Below are positions 58,136-64,000 of a DNA stretch of 64,000 bases, piece by piece. The notes under the pieces are model-generated. The model did not search any database. It was not told the origin of the DNA and saw only the letters and a list, made by a program, of their open reading frames with translations. Numbering within the stretch: the stretch's first letter is position 1; each line of letters opens with the position of its first letter. The translations under genes and the position numbers were made by a program. This DNA is from a virus: positions 36,075 to 100,074 of IMG/VR virus record IMGVR_UViG_3300049171_000040; one strand, written 5' to 3'.

Positions 58136-59386
58136 TTGGCTGCTATCTCATGGGTGGGCTTAGGCCGCCTCGGTTTGCCGTGTGCTCTGGCGTTGCAGCA
58201 CCACGGGGGGCACGACGTCCTGGGCTACGACGTCCACCGGGAGCGCGGCGAGGAGCTCCTCGCCGCTGGCGGTGACAACGGCGAGCGCGGTCTCGGCGAC
58301 CTGATCGACCGTGGCCCCCTCAAACTGGCTTCCTCCGTCTCGGAGGTTGTCGCCCACGCCGACGTTGTGTTCGTGGCCGTACAGACGCCTCACGCCCCGG
58401 CGTACGGCGGCGAGACGCCCATGCCGGACGACCGCCGCGACTTCGAGTACGGCTTCCTGGTCCAGGCCGTCCGGGATGTGTGCCGTGCCGCCGCCGATCA
58501 GGCCAAGCCGATCGCGCTCGTGGTCGTTTCTACGGCGCTGCCTGGCACGTGCAACGCCCACCTGCGTGGCCTGCTCAATGAGTACGTCACCCTGGTCTAC
58601 GGCCCGCTATTCATCGCTATGGGTACCACGATCTCTGACTTCCTGCGGCCCGAGTTCGTCCTGCTCGGCGCTGACCGGCGCGAAGCGCTGGACCCGGTAG
58701 TCGATGTGTACGCCCAACTCCACGACCGGCCCGTCTTCAAGACGTCGATCGAGTCCGCCGAGCTGATCAAGGTCGCGTACAACACGGTCATCTCCGCGAA
58801 AATCGTCATCGGTAACACGTTGATGGAGATCTGCGAGAAGACGGGCGCCGACTGCGATGAGGTGGTCGACGCGCTGTCTCTCGCGACTGACCGTGTCGTG
58901 TCGCCGGCGTATCTGCGTGGCGGTATGGGAGATGGTGGCGCGTGTCACCCCCGTGATCTGATCGCCATGTCGTGGCTCGCTGAACGACTCGACATCTCCT
59001 ATGACCTGCTCGGGCAGATGGCGTATGCCCGAGAAGCCCAGTCCGGTTGGCTCGCCGATCTCGCTGAACGGTGGGCAGAACAGACGGGGCTCGAAGTCTG
59101 CATCCTCGGAAAGGCGTACAAGCCAGAAAGCGCCCTCACCGCGGGATCGCCGGCGCTGCTGCTCGCCCACCAACTGGAACAACGTGGGCACACGCCGATC
59201 CACAAGGACATCTTCGTCGATGGTGAGTTCGATCTCCCCAGCGAGCCGCGGGTGTACGTGATCGGCACTAAGCATACGATCCACGCCTCATGCAGATTTG
59301 AGGCCGGTTCGGTGGTTTTGGACCCGCACGGCTATATGCCGGACCAGCCCGGCGTGACCGTGGTCCGCATCGGGCGTAAGAGCTGA
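58136..59386 (+). CDS. UDP-glucose/GDP-mannose 6-dehydrogenase family
   Basis: GLGRLGLP, VAV.TP, ST..PGT, SAELIK...N, G.GGAC.PRD, LG.AYKP. Confidence 0.9.
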   Translation: MAAISWVGLGRLGLPCALALQHHGGHDVLGYDVHRERGEELLAAGGDNGERGLGDLIDRGPLKLASSVSEVVAHADVVFVAVQTPHAPAYGGETPMPDDRRDFEYGFLVQAVRDVCRAAADQAKPIALVVVSTALPGTCNAHLRGLLNEYVTLVYGPLFIAMGTTISDFLRPEFVLLGADRREALDPVVDVYAQLHDRPVFKTSIESAELIKVAYNTVISAKIVIGNTLMEICEKTGADCDEVVDALSLATDRVVSPAYLRGGMGDGGACHPRDLIAMSWLAERLDISYDLLGQMAYAREAQSGWLADLAERWAEQTGLEVCILGKAYKPESALTAGSPALLLAHQLEQRGHTPIHKDIFVDGEFDLPSEPRVYVIGTKHTIHASCRFEAGSVVLDPHGYMPDQPGVTVVRIGRKS

Positions 59387-59398
59387 TCGGGAGGCTTC

Positions 59399-60088
59399 GT
59401 GCGCGTCGCCGTCGTCATCCCCTGGCGTGAAGGCCAGCCCGACCGGGAACGCCACCATGCGACGGTGAGCGCCCACCTGAGGGGTCTGCTGCCGGACGCG
59501 ATCCACATGGACGTGGACTCAGACCACCAGCCGTTCAGCAGGGCGGGGTCCCGCAACCTCGGCGCACGGCTCGCCCAAGACGCTGAATGTGACGTGGTGG
59601 TCATGAATGACGCCGACACGCTGCCCGAGCGGGAACCGCTCATGGCCGCGATCGACAGCGCCCACGACGGGCTCCTACACCTGCCGTACGTCCACTTCCG
59701 GGGCCTGTCGAAGAACGGGACACGCTCCTACCTCGGCGGCACACCGCCTGAGGCGTGTGAGACGGAACTCGCCCACGACTGGGCCACCGGAGGCGTGTGG
59801 GTGATCGAACCGTCTGCGTGGTGGCGGGCGGGCGGCATGGATGAACGCTTCGTCGCTTATGCGTACGAGGACACCTCGTATCGGGTTGCGGCCGATGCCC
59901 TCTTGGGGCCCACGGTCAAGCATGAGGGCACGATCTGGCATCTGTGGCACGAGAAGACCATGGGGCTCGGCTCTCCCGAGCACAACGCCAACGGGGAACT
60001 CGCAGCCCGCTACGTAGCCGCTGAAGGCAATCCGGAAGCGGTGCGGGCCATCGTGTCGGAGTTCGCGCCCAACCTGATCAACCACTAG
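59399..60088 (+). CDS. Glycosyltransferase (GT2/GT7-like)
   Basis: VVIPWR, FSRA..RN, DAD, GGMDERF..Y.YED, HLWH. Confidence 0.88.
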   Translation: MRVAVVIPWREGQPDRERHHATVSAHLRGLLPDAIHMDVDSDHQPFSRAGSRNLGARLAQDAECDVVVMNDADTLPEREPLMAAIDSAHDGLLHLPYVHFRGLSKNGTRSYLGGTPPEACETELAHDWATGGVWVIEPSAWWRAGGMDERFVAYAYEDTSYRVAADALLGPTVKHEGTIWHLWHEKTMGLGSPEHNANGELAARYVAAEGNPEAVRAIVSEFAPNLINH

Positions 60089-60091
60089 AAC

Positions 60092-60162
60092 CCTGCGGCC
60101 AGCTACCGCAGGTAGAGAGCCTCGGTGTCCTCATGCACCGGGGCTCTCGCCATCCATGAGGA
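60092..60162 (+). promoter_or_regulatory. Two-hairpin leader with SD-sequestering pseudoknot, copy 1
   Basis: Loop tcctcatg (60128-35) complementary to catgagga (60155-62). Confidence 0.55.
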
Positions 60163-60167
60163 GCGTC

Positions 60168-60374
60168 ATGACGTCGTTCGACCCGAATCAGATCGCCCAC
60201 CAGATGGCCGAAGCCGTGGCTCAAATCCGCGAGGCGCTCGCCCCGATCGACGAAGCAACCATGGGGTACCGGAAGCAACTCGAAGAGCAGGGCTGGTCGC
60301 CTACTGCGGCGGAGACAATGGCCTTGGGATTCCACTCGCTGCTGCTCGCCCAGTGTCGCGGCGGATCAACGTGA
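60168..60374 (+). CDS. Hypothetical protein
   Basis: GYR..LE..GWSPTAAE.MA. Confidence 0.6.
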   Translation: MTSFDPNQIAHQMAEAVAQIREALAPIDEATMGYRKQLEEQGWSPTAAETMALGFHSLLLAQCRGGST

Positions 60375-60593
60375 CCACCCCGCCGATGATCGTCCTGCGT
60401 CCAGGCGACAAGGTCCTCGTCACCCTCACCGCAGACGACGGCGACGAAGCCGCGCGAGCCGTGATGGCCGCCCTCCGCAAAGACTTCCCCGGCGTCGCGT
60501 TCACCATCCTGAGCGGCGTCTCCGGCATCGCTGTAGCCGCACCCGACTAGCCCGCCGGCAGTCCTGCCTTTCGAACCCGAGGGGAGGGCAGCG

Positions 60594-61409
60594 ATGCGCG
60601 AGTACGTCCGCGACAACGACGGCAAGTTCGCCGAGACCTCAGGCGGCGTGTCGAAGATGGCCGACGACGCCATCCGCCGCGCCACAGGCCGCCCCACCAT
60701 CCAAACCCAGCGCGGCATGCCCGACACCCTCTCCGGAACATCCGTATCCCTCAAGGGAGGCGGATCCGTAGGCGTGAACCGCCGCCTCGACGGCAACATC
60801 ACCCTAAACAACAAGGGCCGCGAAACCGCGTTCACCAAGGACGGGATCCGCCGCCTCCTCGACAAGCTCACCCTCGCCGACGACTGGGATCGCGGCGACA
60901 CCGAGCGGGTCGACGGCCACACCGTCACGAAGACCGGCCCGGACCGGTACGACGCGACCCTCGCGGACGGATCCCGCCTGCAACTCACCCGCCGCGACAT
61001 CGTCAAACTGGAACAGTCCATAGGACGCTCCGAAGGCTCCTCACGCCTCGACACCGGCTACGGAGACGTAGACGTCGTCGTCGGGGACAAGACGGTAGGG
61101 ATCCGCCACCTCGGCGACGACGGCCGACCTGTGGAGGTCGCGTTCGACAAGCGCTCCTACGGGCGGATCGGCGACGCAATTGGCGGCATCATCGACGACA
61201 TCGACCTCGCAGAACCGGGCGAGGAACCCCGACGCCACCGGGACGTCAACACCAACGCCGGCAAGGTCCGCATCGAGATCAACGAGCGCGGCACGATGAG
61301 CATCACCCCTGTCGGCAGCACCGCGTGGGGAATCGTCGTCGACAACTCGGCGGGCGACGCCTGGTACCGCGCTTGGTCCAACGCCGGGGAGGCCATGGAA
61401 TGGCTGTGA
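60594..61409 (+). CDS. Hypothetical protein with N-terminal RDxxGKF motif
   Basis: MREYVRDNDGKFA; strong codon bias. Confidence 0.6.
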   Translation: MREYVRDNDGKFAETSGGVSKMADDAIRRATGRPTIQTQRGMPDTLSGTSVSLKGGGSVGVNRRLDGNITLNNKGRETAFTKDGIRRLLDKLTLADDWDRGDTERVDGHTVTKTGPDRYDATLADGSRLQLTRRDIVKLEQSIGRSEGSSRLDTGYGDVDVVVGDKTVGIRHLGDDGRPVEVAFDKRSYGRIGDAIGGIIDDIDLAEPGEEPRRHRDVNTNAGKVRIEINERGTMSITPVGSTAWGIVVDNSAGDAWYRAWSNAGEAMEWL

Positions 61410-61413
61410 CCTG

Positions 61414-61722
61414 ATGGCCGGCGGACAGTTCGCAGGCTCCACACGGCGCTCACGACTCCCGCCTGATTGGCCGGAGATCCGCCGCCGCATCCTCAAACGC
61501 GACGCCTACGTGTGCGTGTGGACACTCAGGGACGGCATATGCGGTGCTCCGGCGACAGACGTGGACCACATTGTCCCTGGCGACAACCATGATCCATTGA
61601 ACCTGAGATCCCTCTGCAGTCCCCATCACCGCAGGAAGACCAGCGGCGAGGGCGGTCGTGCAGCACAGGCCAAGCGCATCCCCCGCAAGAGACCAGCCGA
61701 GCGTCACCCAGGGATGCTCTGA
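61414..61722 (+). CDS. HNH endonuclease (terminase-associated type)
   Basis: LP.DW..IR..IL.RD...C...C...ATDVDHI..GD.H...NLRSLC..HH..KT. Confidence 0.9.
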   Translation: MAGGQFAGSTRRSRLPPDWPEIRRRILKRDAYVCVWTLRDGICGAPATDVDHIVPGDNHDPLNLRSLCSPHHRRKTSGEGGRAAQAKRIPRKRPAERHPGML

Positions 61723-61726
61723 TCCG

Positions 61727-62110
61727 CTAAGGCCTCCACTCTTCGCGGTAGTCGGCATGGTCGGCGTACGGGAGGGCGAGCAACTTGACGACATGCAGCG
61801 CCGTTGAGCGAATCGCGCCGCGCTGGTCTGGTTCATCGCCCTCAGCTTCCGCGCTGAACCCTTCCATTTCGGCAATGATCCGTCGCTTCGCTTCGACCTC
61901 GCGCTTAACCCGGTCCGGATCGTGGCGGGCGATGTGCGGCAGCACGGAGTCTGCGCCGCTCGCTACCGGCAGGCCCGATGCACGGATCTGCTGAAGCGGC
62001 GGCTTCGAGTGCACCGCCCATTCCGGAGAGAATCCGGGAGCTGTCGCGACATTAGCCGCCGCCTCGTCCTCGTCGATGCAGGCCGTCAGGAACGCGACCA
62101 GCTCATCCAC
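61727..62110 (-). CDS. DUF6221-like protein
   Basis: LVAFL.A.IDEDE..A; HIARHDP.RV.REVEAKRRI; LALPYADH.DY.EEW.P. Confidence 0.85.
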   Translation of the reverse strand: MDELVAFLTACIDEDEAAANVATAPGFSPEWAVHSKPPLQQIRASGLPVASGADSVLPHIARHDPDRVKREVEAKRRIIAEMEGFSAEAEGDEPDQRGAIRSTALHVVKLLALPYADHADYREEWRP

Positions 62111-62382
62111 TGGCGCTCCCCCTGCCGACAGGCCACATCGGGTACACCGCGAAGCCGTTCGCCTCAAGCAGTTCAGCGCATGCAGCTTCCCTGCCTTCGG
62201 GCACGTAGATGGCGCACTGCCACAGCTTGGCGTCTGAGCCCTCGTCCATGCCCGCCATCATCCCGCAGCCGCATAGAGGCAGGGCCACCACACCCCACAG
62301 GTGGACACGCAGGGTTACCAAAGTCTCGATCGAGCCGGGCTGGATACCTACTCCCCGTAATCGTCGCAGGAAAGGAGAAGCC

Positions 62383-62529
62383 ATGAACGACATCCTGCTC
62401 ATCATCGCCCTCGCCCTATTCCTCGCATCCGCTGTCCTCGCAGGCGTACAGAAGGCGTGGCCTGTAGCGCTCATAGCCCTCGGCCTCACCCTCGTCACCC
62501 TCGCCAGCACAGGCGTCATCGCAGGGTGA
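62383..62529 (+). CDS. Small two-TM membrane protein
   Basis: RBS aaggag; hydrophobic. Confidence 0.6.
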   Translation: MNDILLIIALALFLASAVLAGVQKAWPVALIALGLTLVTLASTGVIAG

Positions 62530-62680
62530 GTCTCCACGTCGTACCCATAGGCGACCTCATCGAGCACGACACGACAGGCGCCTGCCCTTGCGGACCGGCA
62601 GACCAGCCAGTCACACAAGAGGACGGCAGCATCAGGTGGCTCACTGTCCATCACAGCCTCGACAACCGGGAGGCAGACGA

Positions 62681-62926
62681 GTGAGCGAGCAGCACATAGG
62701 CCACATCATCGACGGCCTCGGCCTTGAGATGGATCTCCAGGAAGACGACCTCGTAGCCAACGTCATGGTCATCGCCAAGGTGATCAGGGCAGATGGCAGC
62801 ACCGCTATTGCCATGGCCAGCGACGAGGCCATGAGCTGGCTCGACCGCCTCGGCATCGTCACCGCAGCCGGCGAACTGGTCCGCACCGAGATGCTCCAGC
62901 CCTGCACCTGCGACGACGAAGACTGA
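62681..62926 (+). CDS. Hypothetical protein
   Basis: Coupled ORF. Confidence 0.55.
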   Translation: MSEQHIGHIIDGLGLEMDLQEDDLVANVMVIAKVIRADGSTAIAMASDEAMSWLDRLGIVTAAGELVRTEMLQPCTCDDED

Positions 62927-62946
62927 ACCTCGCCGATCACTAGACG

Positions 62947-63017
62947 CCTGCGGCTGATCCCCGCAGGAAGAAAGCCCCGAGCTCCTCCCGGACTCGGGGC
63001 TTTCGCATTCCCGGGAG
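62947..63017 (+). promoter_or_regulatory. Two-hairpin leader with SD-sequestering pseudoknot, copy 2
   Basis: Loop ctcccgg (62985-91) complementary to ccgggag (63011-17). Confidence 0.55.
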
Positions 63018-63025
63018 ATTGACAA

Positions 63026-63952
63026 GTGAAGACGTGCACCAAGTGCGGCGAGGTTAAGCCCCTCGACGACTTCTGTCGCGACAAGCGCAAGCCCAGCGGC
63101 CGAGGGCCTCGATGCAGGCCTTGCGCGAATGCGTGGCAGCGAGAGTTCCAGCTCAAGCACAAGGCCGAGACCGGTGAGTGGTACAGCAGGCAGTACACCT
63201 ATGAGCGGACCTGCGAGATCTGCGGGGCGACGTGGCAAGCCAAGAGCAAGACGGCGAGATACTGCTCAACTACATGCACCAACAAGATCCGCGCGTACGT
63301 CCTCACCTGCGATGGATGCGGCGAGCCCTTCACGGCGGGGCAGCGACCCGCCAGATGGTGCTCGCCCCTATGCAAGCGCCTGAGCTCAAGCGGCTACCGG
63401 TGCGTCACTGACATACCCCCGAACCATCCGGCCCTGGTCGGTGCAACCTGCGACGTGCCGAACGACCACCCCTCACGCGTGGTCATCTCTGCGTCGGTGT
63501 ACAGGATCTACATCCCCGACTGTCGCTGGTGTGGTGCAGCCTTCGTCACACAGCAGCCCCGCCAAGTCCTCTGCTCAAGGCCATGCACACGACGCGAGGG
63601 CAGGGCTAAGCGCAAGGCCCGCGAGCGCCAAGCGCCAGGCGCCTACACGTGGACAGAGGTCATGTCCCTGTTCATCGAGTTCGGCCGCTGCTGCGCTTAC
63701 TGCAGACGCACGATCGAGGGACAGCCCGAGCCTGATCACGTGATACCTCTCAGTCGAGGTGGATCGAACAGCATCACCAACATCTTGCCGAGCTGTCGAT
63801 CATGCAATGGGCACAAGCGTGACCTGCTCTTACATGAATGGGCAGAGGACAGAAGAAGACGCGACCTGCCAGACGTACACACGAGCTGGGTCCGCGGCGA
63901 TCCCCTGTATACGCACCTCTCGATCGTGCTGCTCGAACACCAAGCAGCGTGA
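63026..63952 (+). CDS. HNH endonuclease with multiple Cys-x2-Cys repeats
   Basis: CAYC...DHVIPLSRGG.N...NI.P.C..CN..K; several C..C...F...C...C repeats. Confidence 0.9.
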   Translation: MKTCTKCGEVKPLDDFCRDKRKPSGRGPRCRPCANAWQREFQLKHKAETGEWYSRQYTYERTCEICGATWQAKSKTARYCSTTCTNKIRAYVLTCDGCGEPFTAGQRPARWCSPLCKRLSSSGYRCVTDIPPNHPALVGATCDVPNDHPSRVVISASVYRIYIPDCRWCGAAFVTQQPRQVLCSRPCTRREGRAKRKARERQAPGAYTWTEVMSLFIEFGRCCAYCRRTIEGQPEPDHVIPLSRGGSNSITNILPSCRSCNGHKRDLLLHEWAEDRRRRDLPDVHTSWVRGDPLYTHLSIVLLEHQAA

Positions 63953-64000
63953 ATGCGACAGCGCGAGAGGCGTATGGGGGTATGACCCCTTTGTCCGTTT

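Larger units (their letters stand above)
1..64000. mobile_element. Temperate actinophage/prophage region (integration, immunity, early/middle genes up to pre-packaging HNH genes)
   Basis: Integrase plus tRNA att site, repressor/cro pairs, antirepressors, YqaJ/RecT, RusA, replication initiator/DnaC, WhiB, dense translationally coupled small ORFs; no host housekeeping genes seen. Confidence 0.92.

Noticed and set aside
1-64000. Reverse-transcriptase systems (DGR, retron, group II intron)
   Set aside because: No RT motifs in any ORF; the duplicated antirepressors do not look like an adenine-specific TR/VR pair
63965-64000. cos site or genome end
   Set aside because: The position after the HNH gene is suggestive, but the terminase and flanking sequence lie outside the window

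Overview
High-GC (about 70% by eye) actinobacterial temperate-phage DNA, probably from a Streptosporangiaceae/Streptomyces-like host. From left to right: an AICE-type membrane gene, a whiJ-like ATPase/XRE/DUF397 triad and a GntR regulator; an att site (3' half of tRNA-Val) with a tyrosine integrase; two separate repressor/cro-like switches with antirepressors; and a long rightward early/middle region. That region encodes a YqaJ-RecT recombinase, helicase plus DNA methylase, a BldC-like protein, RusA, a PAPS-reductase-like protein, a beta-clamp-like/FtsK-gamma fusion, two WhiB proteins, a replication initiator with iterons plus DnaC, DUF5131, ASCH, an RNA ligase, a MazG-like protein, Thg1 and an FHA protein. 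It is followed by a glycosyltransferase/methyltransferase/UDP-glucose dehydrogenase cluster and HNH genes where the packaging module would be expected to start. No terminase, capsid or tail genes were recognised. The most striking unexplained signal is non-coding: two covarying tRNA-like mini-elements (acceptor stem, T-arm, NCCA) and at least five more intergenic hairpins ending in NCCA. These suggest RNase P-type processing of phage transcripts in an element that also encodes Thg1 and an RNA ligase. Two covarying SD-sequestering pseudoknots lie near the right end. All product calls come from motif recognition by eye, not from database searches.
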